The notes under the pieces are model-generated. The model did not search any database. It had not been told where the DNA came from and saw nothing but the letters and a program-made list of their open reading frames with translations. From an uncultured Clostridia bacterium (lineage in GTDB: Bacteria; Bacillota; Clostridia; Christensenellales; UBA1242), in contig CANREZ010000003.1 of assembly GCA_947629745.1 (NCBI GenBank), positions 30,713 through 94,712 of the forward strand: a DNA stretch of 64,000 nucleotides. Direction: 5' to 3'. A program made the translations under genes and the position numbers. Shown piece after piece: positions 28,793 through 38,341 of the stretch (positions are counted from its first letter, which is position 1; each line of letters starts with the position of its first letter).

Positions 28793-31700
28793 CTAGTCTA
28801 TATAGTCCAGTGTGTTGCCATGGGATTTGTCCTCATCGGATAGATTCACCGCGCCACCATATAACCTCACACCTGATAGTGTCAAAGACAGATGAATCTT
28901 GTTGTCCTTGAATTCATGTGCAAGGCCTGATATATCGCTTGCGGACAAATTCATACTAAATGCCACTACCCTCACGCTATCGCTATATAGGTCAGGGTCG
29001 TAACCTGTAATATCTAGGGTGATATCATTGCCGGATACCTCCGCATGGCTAGTGGTATTTCTAATATCTCCCGCTCTATAAACTAGGGCTGATACTAGGA
29101 ATGTCTCACAGTAATCCATAGGCGCTGCAACCGTAATACTTATCTTATTATCCCTGATGCTTGGCACAACCTCTGTATTGCTGATATCCATAGTATTTGC
29201 TATACCGATGATATGTTTGTTGCCAGAAAGGGCTAGTTTTATGTCACAAAGTGAAATTTCACCGCCATTAACCTCACATATGCCGTAGAAGTTGTAATCT
29301 CCTGCATTGATATTAGCATCCATAGTTATGTTGGATATTTTGCCATAATTATCGGACGTCACAATTGCTGTATCACTATCGCAAGTATCAGCAGTAATAG
29401 TGATATTGATATCCTCAATCGTGCCATAATTTGTACTGCAAATTGCACCTAAGGTATCGAGAGTTGATATAGTGATATCCACTCCTCTAATTGCTCCGGA
29501 CTCGGATATAGTATCAAATAGTCTTCCACCGGATAGTATTATATTTCTCCTACTATTAGGGTCTAGGCTTGTGATAGTTACATCCAGTGTACTAGATATC
29601 ACACTATCCACATGAATATCGCAGTCTAGGAATATATCCTTGCCTGAGGCAAATGCTGCTGATAATTCATCCTCAGTATGCACCACATATCCTTTGACTT
29701 CCTCAGAGACAGTGACATTCATAGTAAATAACTTCTGCCCGCCATCGCGCACTACGACATCTATGCTATATTCACCTGTGCTATGGAAGGTAATACTAAG
29801 CCCTGATATATCCACCTTGTCACTATCACACACAAGCATAATTAGGTCATTATCCACTACCTCATCGTCTGAATAAGTAGTGATTGAAGGTGTAAGTGTT
29901 ACGCTGCCACTCTCACCAAGTATTAGTGTGCTATTATAATCCACATCTACTCTGGTTGGCACTTTTGGTGGAGTGATGTCCACCACCTCAAGTGTCATAG
30001 TGTATAGAGTGCTCTCATCAGAATTGGATTTGATAAGTATGGTAAATGTGCCGGCTGACTTTATTGTAGCGCTAAAACCAGATATTTCGACAGAACTCTC
30101 GCTACACGTCATATGAGCTAAACTATTATTAACATCGCCTTTGTTGTCGTAAATTGTAACACTTGGGCTAAATGTGTAAGGGCCAGTGCCGAAATTGTTC
30201 TCGATATGAGATGTGTACTCCACCTCGGCACGAGCAGCGAATCTTGGAGATATATCTATAAGCGTGAGTGTGAATGTGCGAAGCATTTCCTCCGTCTCTG
30301 CATCACGAATCTCAAATGTATATTGTCCCTCGGCGCTTACTTTGGCAGTAAAGCCATCGACCACTACCCTATTATCTCCGCACCACATTGTGACCATGCT
30401 ATTGTCTATCTCGTCTTTGCTAGTATGCACAGTGATAGATGGTGCGAAGTCGTACTGACCAAGCGTAAAGTCATGCTCTACTTCATCATCGTAGACAATA
30501 TCAATGTCCTTGATAGTAATAGGAGTAGGCACATCCACCACCTCGATGGAGAATTCTTTAACCACTTTGTTAAATTCTAGGTCAATTATTTGGAAAGAAT
30601 ATGTGCCGGCTGCCATGAACTTGATGCGGTAGCCCTCGATGAATATCCTAGAATCTTGTGGATCAGTGCTGTGCATCTCAATTAAATCGTTATTGATAGT
30701 GCCTTGGCTAGTGTGAGTGGTGATCGTCACAGTAGTTGACACTGGTGTGGTCATATCGTGCTCTATGCGCTCCTCGTATGACACGTCCACTTCGGTCACA
30801 TGCTCGACCCCTGCATCATACACTGTGATAGTCATAGTAGCCCAGACTTTCTTAGTAAGTGCGTGGACTATATCAAATGTATATGTGCCCGGTGACCAAA
30901 TATCGGCTGTGCAATCTTCGGTATACACTGTGCAATTATCCATGCCAAGAGTGCACACCATAGTCATATTGGAGTTATCGTCTAGACCTTTAACATCAGT
31001 GTGAGTAGCAATGGTTGGCGTGAAATGATAATGATCCTGCAAGAAGAAGTCTATTGTAGCCTCATGCTCGTACTCTACTTTCATCTCTTGCTGGACTAAT
31101 TCCTGCACCTCAATCTTTGCGTGGAAGACCTTCCCTGCAATATTGATCTCCACCATATATGTGCCAACTACACGTGACTCAAAGATGATGATATAGTGGT
31201 TGCTCACACTATCTTCATAGTCATTATATATGAATGTGACATTCTCAATAGTAGGCACATCGACTGTAAACCTAATTGGCACGCCATCACTGGTGGTGTC
31301 AAATTCTATCTGACCCTGCACAGTTGGCTTCACCGCATAGGTATCTTTTAGTACAATGTCATCAATTGGCGCGATACAGTGGACTGTAGCAACCTTCGTA
31401 TTAGCTACAATAGGGTCACCGTATCCTACGCTAAACTCTAATTCGTCCTCGCCCTCGGATACGAAGTACAACATATTGCCTTCTTCCCTAAAATGGCCAT
31501 ATTTGCTAGACAAATTGTACTGTCTATATGAGGCATATTGTGGGTAAAGTGTGTAAGTAATTTTTGCAGTAGCACCTGGTGTGATAGTAAATTCTCCACC
31601 CGAAACTGTGCAACTCTTAAATATGGTGTTCTTTACATTAAACTCAACAGTCCTTGTAACATTGTCTAATGTGAATTTGACCTTAGCCCTTTCATCCTCA

Positions 31701-33229
31701 TCACGCGTCTTGTGCAAAGCTTTTACATAATATGTGCCTGGCTCAATCTCGGTAAATTCGATGCAATCATCGGAATCTATTATCTCGTATGAGATTGTCC
31801 CATGAGGATGTGCTGGCAAGTTAAATACTAGTGTATACTGGTCGTACACTCCATCCGCTTTGGCGAGTTTTCGCATCTCATCCACGTTATTAGCTTCTTC
31901 ATTGATTAAACGCAGTTTTATAGGTGCCTCATACTTTATTTGGTCTTCTTCATAGTCGTATAGATTAAATAGTAGTGATCCTACTTCGTCGAATATCTCA
32001 ATATCCAGTGTACGCTCAATGTGTTCATTTGCACCATTGAATACTACAGATACCCTATAGTTGCCGCCTGCGTCAAAGTTGTAGCTAAATTCATAGGCTG
32101 AGTCGGTGACTGAGTAGTCGAAATTGGTAATTTGCGTCACGGTTTGCCCATATATTACAGATATAGTGATATCCTCGGTGTATTCGTAATTTGCCCCTAT
32201 ACGCAGTGTGTATGTGCCACAGTACTTCACTTCATCTGTACTATCTATGGTGATATTGCCTATAATTGGTCTTGGCTGCACCACAAGGCTAGCAGTCTTG
32301 GTGAGCACACTATCCCTGCCACTCTTTATCTTGGCAGTAATATTAAATGTGCCAGTAGCAGCAGGTGTCACACTATATATGTAATGTCCACTTGCCTCGC
32401 TGATCTTAGAAATTGACAAATTCTCCACTTCATCAATAGTTGGTGTCACATCGCAATTGTCGAAATACACGTGCAATTTTGTCGTGCCGCCCTCATATAT
32501 TGTTGCATTCTCCAGTGTCAAATTTAGCGTGGTAGATAACTTGATGTAGTCAATGTTTAGGTCAAACTTTGCCTCTGTTACAAGTTTGGTCCCCACATAA
32601 TATCTAGCGATGACTGAAACTGTCATATCCGCGGATATCTTATCACAATCTATATGTATGTCGCCAGTAGTTTTGTCATAGGATAGATACTCACAAGTGC
32701 TCTTTAGAGCACTGCCCTCTTTAAAGAGAATGGATACATTTCCTACAATTGCACCCATAGTAGTGCCTGTAGCAAGTAGAGGATTGGACAAAGTCATATC
32801 ACTATCACTGCTATATATCGTGCAAGACACAGTGTTATCCTGGAAATTCATCGCAATTCCCTCGGTCTGCACCACATTTATCGTGCACTGACAGGTCTTG
32901 GTCGTGCCCTCGGCCGTCACCTTGGCAGTTAGTGTCGTGCTATCCACACGCACGGCGTGCAAAATGTTCCCCGATAGATCCACAATGTTGTTATCCGCTA
33001 TCTCATATACTATCCGCACATCTAAGTTACTTGGAGAATATGTCACCGGATTGACATCAAATATATTGACGCTATCGCCAAGCTCCATAGTAATCTCTGG
33101 GTAGGTGAAACTACAATCTGTGAACCCACCGGATTTTGCATCCACATTGTTTGGTGCTCCACACGCAAATAATACTAGCGTGGACAGTACTAGTAGCATC
33201 ATGCTACAGAAATATTTAATTCTTTTCAT
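28793..33229 (-). CDS. Giant (1478 aa) surface lipoprotein: Big_2-like domain, five tandem ~92-aa modules, C-terminal beta-helix/GLUG-like region
   Basis: Signal peptide with lipobox LVLFAC-G. N-terminal Ig-like (Big_2-type) stretch ITMELGDSVNIF...TAKVTAEGTTKTCQCTINVV. C-terminal ~300 aa has reiterated xNYGxIxxIxI units (ICSTNYGTIEDINITI / VTSDNYGKISNITMDANI / CEVNGGEISLCDIKLAL). Confidence 0.8.
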   Translation of the reverse strand: MKRIKYFCSMMLLVLSTLVLFACGAPNNVDAKSGGFTDCSFTYPEITMELGDSVNIFDVNPVTYSPSNLDVRIVYEIADNNIVDLSGNILHAVRVDSTTLTAKVTAEGTTKTCQCTINVVQTEGIAMNFQDNTVSCTIYSSDSDMTLSNPLLATGTTMGAIVGNVSILFKEGSALKSTCEYLSYDKTTGDIHIDCDKISADMTVSVIARYYVGTKLVTEAKFDLNIDYIKLSTTLNLTLENATIYEGGTTKLHVYFDNCDVTPTIDEVENLSISKISEASGHYIYSVTPAATGTFNITAKIKSGRDSVLTKTASLVVQPRPIIGNITIDSTDEVKYCGTYTLRIGANYEYTEDITISVIYGQTVTQITNFDYSVTDSAYEFSYNFDAGGNYRVSVVFNGANEHIERTLDIEIFDEVGSLLFNLYDYEEDQIKYEAPIKLRLINEEANNVDEMRKLAKADGVYDQYTLVFNLPAHPHGTISYEIIDSDDCIEFTEIEPGTYYVKALHKTRDEDERAKVKFTLDNVTRTVEFNVKNTIFKSCTVSGGEFTITPGATAKITYTLYPQYASYRQYNLSSKYGHFREEGNMLYFVSEGEDELEFSVGYGDPIVANTKVATVHCIAPIDDIVLKDTYAVKPTVQGQIEFDTTSDGVPIRFTVDVPTIENVTFIYNDYEDSVSNHYIIIFESRVVGTYMVEINIAGKVFHAKIEVQELVQQEMKVEYEHEATIDFFLQDHYHFTPTIATHTDVKGLDDNSNMTMVCTLGMDNCTVYTEDCTADIWSPGTYTFDIVHALTKKVWATMTITVYDAGVEHVTEVDVSYEERIEHDMTTPVSTTVTITTHTSQGTINNDLIEMHSTDPQDSRIFIEGYRIKFMAAGTYSFQIIDLEFNKVVKEFSIEVVDVPTPITIKDIDIVYDDEVEHDFTLGQYDFAPSITVHTSKDEIDNSMVTMWCGDNRVVVDGFTAKVSAEGQYTFEIRDAETEEMLRTFTLTLIDISPRFAARAEVEYTSHIENNFGTGPYTFSPSVTIYDNKGDVNNSLAHMTCSESSVEISGFSATIKSAGTFTILIKSNSDESTLYTMTLEVVDITPPKVPTRVDVDYNSTLILGESGSVTLTPSITTYSDDEVVDNDLIMLVCDSDKVDISGLSITFHSTGEYSIDVVVRDGGQKLFTMNVTVSEEVKGYVVHTEDELSAAFASGKDIFLDCDIHVDSVISSTLDVTITSLDPNSRRNIILSGGRLFDTISESGAIRGVDITISTLDTLGAICSTNYGTIEDINITITADTCDSDTAIVTSDNYGKISNITMDANINAGDYNFYGICEVNGGEISLCDIKLALSGNKHIIGIANTMDISNTEVVPSIRDNKISITVAAPMDYCETFLVSALVYRAGDIRNTTSHAEVSGNDITLDITGYDPDLYSDSVRVVAFSMNLSASDISGLAHEFKDNKIHLSLTLSGVRLYGGAVNLSDEDKSHGNTLDYID
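29705..31084 (-). repeat. Five diverged in-frame tandem modules (~83-97 aa each) inside the lipoprotein gene
   Basis: Modules begin MKVEYEHEATIDF / VDVSYEERIEHDM / IDIVYDDEVEHDF / EVEYTSHIENNF / VDVDYNSTLILGE. They share ...TPSIT.HT...(D/N)N(S/D)(L/M)..M.C....V.(I/V).GF.A.....G.YTF.I.......L.T.T(L/V).V.D. Confidence 0.75.
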
Positions 33230-33323
33230 TTTATCTTTCGTAAAATTGGATTAACCAATTGTCCCCAAAATCATTTTTGACTAATTTTCAAACAAGCAAA
33301 ATGTAATTTTGCCCGAAAATAAG

Positions 33324-33349
33324 CAAAAAATGCAGACGATGTCTGCATT
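33324..33349 (-). terminator. Terminator of the alpha operon after rplQ
   Basis: a6-tgcagac-gat-gtctgca (33331-33347) with a U-tract on the minus RNA. Confidence 0.75.
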
Positions 33350-33355
33350 AATTCG

Positions 33356-33862
33356 CTATATTAATTGTATTAATACTACTTCGGCATTATCACCCTTTCT
33401 GGTCTTGCCTAAGTTTAAAATGCGGGTATATCCACCGCCAAGTCCTAGTTCGTTAGCACGATTGTCGTACTTTGGAGCATAGACGTTGAAGATCTTCTCA
33501 ACTAATGGATGTTTGATACCCTTGGTGCGTGCCACAAAGTCGCTCTTTGACTCCTTTGGCTCGCGAACCTCTTGTTTGTCATATACATATGACATGATAG
33601 CACGGCGTGCGGCAAGTTTCTTTGCCCCATCGACTATTACTTCTTTCTCTGCACTGACGCCCTTGTCATCGGTCACAGTCTTTGTCACCTTGTTAACATC
33701 TTTGTATGTACGGATTGCCTTGCTCAAAAGTTTCTCAGCTTGCCTTTGAACTTCCTTTGCCTTGTCCTTTGTAGTTTCAATTTGTCCGTACCACAAAAGG
33801 TCAGTTACGAGTCCACGAATAAGTGCTATTCTCTTGTCAGTTGCCCTTTTTAGTTTTCTCAT
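33356..33862 (-). CDS. rplQ: 50S ribosomal protein L17 (168 aa, ~45 aa longer than model L17s)
   Basis: MRKLKRATDKRIALIRGLVTDLL..GQIETT and C-terminal GGYTRILNLGKTRKGDNAEVVLIQL. Start ATG 33862 after AAGGAG. Last gene of the alpha operon. Confidence 0.9.
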   Translation of the reverse strand: MRKLKRATDKRIALIRGLVTDLLWYGQIETTKDKAKEVQRQAEKLLSKAIRTYKDVNKVTKTVTDDKGVSAEKEVIVDGAKKLAARRAIMSYVYDKQEVREPKESKSDFVARTKGIKHPLVEKIFNVYAPKYDNRANELGLGGGYTRILNLGKTRKGDNAEVVLIQLI

Positions 33863-33875
33863 AATCACTCCTTAA

Positions 33876-34829
33876 TTATTCTTCGTCATTTCTCAAACTA
33901 AGACCGTATGTGGCAAGTTTTGAGATAACTTCGGCGAGCGAAGTTTTTCCTAAATTCTTTACTTTTGCTAAGTCATTCTCAGACTTCTTGATCAAGTCTT
34001 CGATAGTAAATATACCTGCTCTCTTCAAGCAATTGTATGACCTGACAGATAGATCCATATCGTCAATGGTCATCTCCAGTACCTTGGTCTGCTTGTCTTC
34101 CTCGCGGCTAACGAGCAGATCCATCTTGCTCATATTCTCCACTAGCTCTACAAATAGTCCCATATGGTCTTGGACGAGCTTTGCAGATAGACTGATCACT
34201 TCACGGCTAGATAATGTGCCATTGGTGTCAACCTCGATGGTCAATTTGTCATAATCTATATTCTGACCGACACGAGTATTCTCGACGAAGTAATTAGCTT
34301 TCTTCACAGGTGTGAATATGCTATCCACTGCGATGTATCCGATAGGCTCATCACCTTTCTTATTAGCATCGGCTGGCACATAACCACGTCCTCTGCCTAC
34401 ATATACTTCCATCTCAAAACTTGCATTTTCGTCCAAAGTGCAAATATGCAGATCTGGATTCATTATCTCAACTTGGTCATTTGGCTCGAAATCACCTGCG
34501 GTGACTTCCCCTGCACCATATTTGTTGATATGTAGCACAGTCTTAAAGTCTAGTGAGGTATCTAGAGTCTTGATAGCAAGGTCCTTGATATTTAGGACAA
34601 TGTCGACTACATCCTCAACTACTCCCTTTATAGTGCTAAATTCGTGTTGTACACCCTTGATCTTGATGCCCACTGCAGCAGCGCCTGGGAGTGCGGATAA
34701 TAACACACGCCTAAGTGCATTGCCAATAGTGAGACCAAACCCTCTATCAAGTGGTTCTACAACAAATCTTGCAAAACAACCATTATTCGCTTCTTCGCAA
34801 GTAATCCTTGGCTTTTCGATTTTCATCAT
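33876..34829 (-). CDS. rpoA: DNA-directed RNA polymerase subunit alpha
   Basis: FVVEPLDRGFGLTIGNALRRVLLS, C-terminal domain LSVRSYNCLKRAGI. Operon position. Confidence 0.95.
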   Translation of the reverse strand: MMKIEKPRITCEEANNGCFARFVVEPLDRGFGLTIGNALRRVLLSALPGAAAVGIKIKGVQHEFSTIKGVVEDVVDIVLNIKDLAIKTLDTSLDFKTVLHINKYGAGEVTAGDFEPNDQVEIMNPDLHICTLDENASFEMEVYVGRGRGYVPADANKKGDEPIGYIAVDSIFTPVKKANYFVENTRVGQNIDYDKLTIEVDTNGTLSSREVISLSAKLVQDHMGLFVELVENMSKMDLLVSREEDKQTKVLEMTIDDMDLSVRSYNCLKRAGIFTIEDLIKKSENDLAKVKNLGKTSLAEVISKLATYGLSLRNDEE

Positions 34830-34858
34830 ACCAAATTCCCTTCCTTATATTTTGGATT

Positions 34859-35482
34859 TTATTTTGAATACAACTCAATGATGAGGTGCTCTTGAATATT
34901 CATGTCAATATCATCTCTCTTTGGTAGTGCATTTATCTTGCCAGTGAGAGTGTTTGCATTGAATTCTAGCCACTTTGGCATGACGACCTTGACATCTTTT
35001 AGATCCTTAAACATAGGTTTCTCACGCTTTGATTCCTTGATTGCGATGACGTCACCCACTTTTACGCTAAAAGATGGAATATTTACTACTTTACCATTGA
35101 CAGTAATGTGGCCATGATTGACCATTTGGCGTGCCTCAGCACGGGATGAACCAATACCCATGCGGAATACTACGTTGTCTAGTCTACGCTCGACTAGGGA
35201 TAGTAAGTTCTCACCGGTATTGCCCTTCATGCGGACGGCTTCCTCATAGTAATTGTGGAATTGTTTCTCCGAAATATTGCCATATGCTCTACGTACCTTT
35301 TGCTTCTCACGTAGCTGTTGGCCATATTCAGAATTCTTATGTCGTGCAGCCCCATGTACGCCTGGCGCAGTAGCGCGACGCTCCAAAGGACACTTCTTAG
35401 TTAGGCATCTTTCACCTTTTAGGAATAGTTTGCAGCCTTCCCTACGACATAGTTTACAATCTGCCCCTGTATACTTTGACAT
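34859..35482 (-). CDS. rpsD: 30S ribosomal protein S4
   Basis: SKYTGADCKLCRREG.KLFLKGERC zinc-knuckle N-terminus, S4 RNA-binding domain. Confidence 0.95.
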   Translation of the reverse strand: MSKYTGADCKLCRREGCKLFLKGERCLTKKCPLERRATAPGVHGAARHKNSEYGQQLREKQKVRRAYGNISEKQFHNYYEEAVRMKGNTGENLLSLVERRLDNVVFRMGIGSSRAEARQMVNHGHITVNGKVVNIPSFSVKVGDVIAIKESKREKPMFKDLKDVKVVMPKWLEFNANTLTGKINALPKRDDIDMNIQEHLIIELYSK

Positions 35483-35502
35483 ATATCATTTCTCTCCTTA
35501 TA

Positions 35503-35898
35503 TTAAATTCTTCTTCTCTTTGGTGGACGACATCCATTGTGTGGGATTGGTGATACATCACTAATCATCGTCACCTGCAAACCTACGGCTTGTAATGCAC
35601 GGATAGCAGATTCCCTGCCATTGCCCGGGCCCTTTACATACACGTCTACACTCTTTAGTCCTTGGTCTACAGCCTTCTTGCCAGCAATCTCTGCTGCTTG
35701 TTGTGCTGCATATGGAGTGCTCTTCCTAGAACCGCTCAGTCCAAGTGAACCTGCACTTGACCAAGAAACAACGTTGCCACCATCATCAGCAATTGTCACA
35801 ATAGTGTTATTAAAAGATGCGTGAATATGTGCTGACCCATGGTCTAGATTACGAGTAGACTTTCTCTTCTTTGTTATGACTTTCTTTGTTGTAGCCAT
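35503..35898 (-). CDS. rpsK: 30S ribosomal protein S11
   Basis: [18 protein letters not shown]..., C-terminal [18 protein letters not shown]. Confidence 0.95.
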   Translation of the reverse strand: MATTKKVITKKRKSTRNLDHGSAHIHASFNNTIVTIADDGGNVVSWSSAGSLGLSGSRKSTPYAAQQAAEIAGKKAVDQGLKSVDVYVKGPGNGRESAIRALQAVGLQVTMISDVSPIPHNGCRPPKRRRI

Positions 35899-35919
35899 TT
35901 CTTATCTCCTTAATAAATT

Positions 35920-36306
35920 TTACTTATTTGCATTTGCGTCTTTCTTAGACTTTGCAACGGTCTTCTTTGGACCTTTCCTAGTTCTAGCATTGCACTTGGT
36001 GTTTTGTCCACGGACTGGCAAATTCTTCCTATGACGAATACCTCTATAGCATCCAATCTCTTGGAGTCTCTTGATATTCAAGGATACTTCTCTTTGCAAG
36101 TCTCCCTCGGTGACACAATTCTTCTGAATATATGTGGTGAGTGCACCAATCTCTTCTTCAGTGAGATCTTTCACACGAGTATCTGGATTTATCTTAGTAG
36201 CAGCTAAAATCTTGTTAGCAGTCTGCCTGCCAATACCATAGATATAAGTGAGTCCTATTTCCACTCTCTTTTCTCTTGGTAGATCAATTCCCGCAATACG
36301 AGCCAT
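35920..36306 (-). CDS. rpsM: 30S ribosomal protein S13
   Basis: [26 protein letters not shown]... Confidence 0.95.
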   Translation of the reverse strand: MARIAGIDLPREKRVEIGLTYIYGIGRQTANKILAATKINPDTRVKDLTEEEIGALTTYIQKNCVTEGDLQREVSLNIKRLQEIGCYRGIRHRKNLPVRGQNTKCNARTRKGPKKTVAKSKKDANANK

Positions 36307-36416
36307 TATTTTCCTCCATTAAAAATTTTAAATAATGTAAAATATATTTACGCGCGTGCTAGTATGTATAGATACATAAGCCGCCTAGCCGCACGATTAT
36401 TTTTGAATTTATATTC

Positions 36417-36533
36417 TTAGCCTTGTCTTTGCTTGTGCTTTGGATATTTCGAGCAAATGACCATGACACGGCCATTACGCTTGACTATCTTGCAATTATC
36501 GCACATTTTCTTTACTGATGGTCTTACTTTCAT
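36417..36533 (-). CDS. rpmJ: 50S ribosomal protein L36 (zinc form); not in the supplied ORF track
   Basis: Minus-strand translation gives [38 protein letters not shown] (38 aa + TAA) with the CxxC..C..H zinc ligands, at the canonical site between infA and rpsM. Confidence 0.9.
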   Translation of the reverse strand: MKVRPSVKKMCDNCKIVKRNGRVMVICSKYPKHKQRQG

Positions 36534-36551
36534 AATTTCCTCTCCTACGAT

Positions 36552-36767
36552 TTATACACGCCAATATATTCGGCCTTTTGTTAAGTCATAAGGTGACATC
36601 TCGATTAGCACTTTGTCTCCCACTAGTATCTTTATATTATTCATATAGAGTTTACCTGAGATATACGCAGTGATGATGTAGCCATTAGGAAGTTTCACCT
36701 TGAAATTCGCATTCCTTAGCACTTCCACGACCTCACCCTCTGTCTTAATGATATCTTGCTTCGACAC
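36552..36767 (-). CDS. infA: Translation initiation factor IF-1
   Basis: 71 aa S1-like fold ([27 protein letters not shown]...., [12 protein letters not shown]). GTG start after GGGAGG. Confidence 0.92.
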   Translation of the reverse strand: MSKQDIIKTEGEVVEVLRNANFKVKLPNGYIITAYISGKLYMNNIKILVGDKVLIEMSPYDLTKGRIYWRV

Positions 36768-36856
36768 TAATTTTGCCTCCCTAAGCAGTCATAATTAAGC
36801 CCATTGGCATATATGACATTTACATAATCCTCGCCAAAATTTTCACTACACATGAT

Positions 36857-36885
36857 ATTGTACTACAATAAACGAAATTTTGCAA
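36857..36885 (-). promoter_or_regulatory. Internal promoter ahead of infA-rpmJ-rpsM...
   Basis: Minus strand reads TTGCAA (36885-36880), 17 nt, TACAAT (36862-36857), in the 163-nt map-infA gap. Confidence 0.45.
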
Positions 36886-36930
36886 TATTTATATCAATAT
36901 CTAGCATAATTTGGGCGGTTTAGCATCAAT

Positions 36931-37674
36931 TTATGTTAAAATCTCCACTCCATCGTCACGAATGAGTATGGTATTTTCATAATGTGATGCTGGTAATCCG
37001 TCTTTTGTAACACATGTCCAGCCATCGTCTAGGAAGACTACATCACGCCTGCCCATATTCACCATAGGCTCCACGCATATTGTCATGCCCGATACGAGTT
37101 TTTCTCCCCCACCGGCGTGTCCAAAATTTGGCACCTCGGGAGGCTCGTGCATCGAGTGTCCTATACCATGACCTTCTAGTTCACGTACTACGGAATATCC
37201 GTGTTTTTCTACATAGGTTTGGACGGCACTTGAAATGTCCCCTACATATGAACCACTCTTGATATCCTTGATACCTTCAAAGAAACTTTGCTCCGTTACC
37301 TCGACTAATTTTCTTACTGCTGGGTCAACATTCCCAACTAGGAATGTCCTAGCACTATCTCCGCAGAATCCGTCTAGTTTTACCACCAAGTCGATTGTTA
37401 TGATATCTCCATCCTTTAGTTTCCTATAATCCTTTGGGATACCATGGACGATCTCATCATTGATGCTAGCACAGATACTGGCAGGGAATCCATTATATCC
37501 AAGGCAAGCAGGTTTGCCGCCATGCGCCTTGATATACCTATATGCAACCTCATCTAATTCCTTAGTAGACACACCAACTCGGATGTGCTTTCCAACTTCC
37601 TTTATCGTGTCGGCTGTGAGTCTACACGCACGCTTGATCTTTTCGATCTCGTCTTCGCTCTTTACTAACCTCAT
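36931..37674 (-). CDS. map: Methionine aminopeptidase, type I
   Basis: 247 aa. Metal ligands in DGDIITIDL, GFCGDSARTF, GHGIG, ICVEP, YENTILI contexts. Confidence 0.92.
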   Translation of the reverse strand: MRLVKSEDEIEKIKRACRLTADTIKEVGKHIRVGVSTKELDEVAYRYIKAHGGKPACLGYNGFPASICASINDEIVHGIPKDYRKLKDGDIITIDLVVKLDGFCGDSARTFLVGNVDPAVRKLVEVTEQSFFEGIKDIKSGSYVGDISSAVQTYVEKHGYSVVRELEGHGIGHSMHEPPEVPNFGHAGGGEKLVSGMTICVEPMVNMGRRDVVFLDDGWTCVTKDGLPASHYENTILIRDDGVEILT

Positions 37675-38288
37675 TCCTGCACTCCTAATTTACTCAAAAT
37701 GCTCTTTGTCACATCATCTCGTGTCTGGTACGCATCTACGGTAATGAGTTTGCCTTGCCTTTTGTAATAATCATGCAATGGATAAGTGATACGAGTGAAT
37801 GTATCTAGCCTACTATTTAGTGTGTCCTCGTTGTCGTCAGCGCGCCTATACAGTGCCCCACCACATACTGGACAAGTAGTGCTAGCAGAATTCGTCACCG
37901 CTCCACAATCCTTGCACGTAAAACGATTTAGTATCCTATCCTTTAATACTGATAGGTCTATGTCAAAATATATACAGTAGTCTATATCTTGCATCTTGTC
38001 TAATGCTTTTGCTTGGGAAATATTCCTTGGGAAGCCATCGAGTATGTATCCATGCTCGCAGTCTTTCCTATTTAGTCTTTCCCTCACCAAATTGGTTGTA
38101 ACTGTGTCAGGGACAAGTGCTCCCTGGCTAATATATGTCTTTGCTAGTGTGCCAAGTTCTGTCCCAGCATCCATCGCGCTACGGAATATTTCACCCGTAG
38201 AGATGTGCGGGATACCAAGATATTTAGATAAAATCTGGGCTTGAGTACCCTTGCCACAACCTGGCGCACCTAACAATACAATTTTCAT
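37671..38288 (-). CDS. adk: Adenylate kinase (zinc-lid type)
   Basis: LLGAPGCGKGTQA P-loop. Lid has CKDCGAV...CPVCGG. Confidence 0.95.
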   Translation of the reverse strand: MKIVLLGAPGCGKGTQAQILSKYLGIPHISTGEIFRSAMDAGTELGTLAKTYISQGALVPDTVTTNLVRERLNRKDCEHGYILDGFPRNISQAKALDKMQDIDYCIYFDIDLSVLKDRILNRFTCKDCGAVTNSASTTCPVCGGALYRRADDNEDTLNSRLDTFTRITYPLHDYYKRQGKLITVDAYQTRDDVTKSILSKLGVQE

Positions 38289-38341
38289 AAAAATCCTACT
38301 AATATTATATAATATTTCGCTAAATATCGCAATAATTTAGG

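Noticed and set aside
29705-31084. Periodic ~280-bp DNA repeats as a CRISPR array or mobile repeat array
   Set aside because: The repeats are long, diverged, in frame, and translate into homologous protein modules within one ORF. There is no spacer/repeat structure.
36768-36930. Possible small gene between map and infA (the ybzG-like position in Bacilli); a 28-codon ATG frame exists
   Set aside because: The frame would start essentially at the predicted TSS, with no SD, and has no similarity to KOW-type YbzG. It is treated as 5' UTR.
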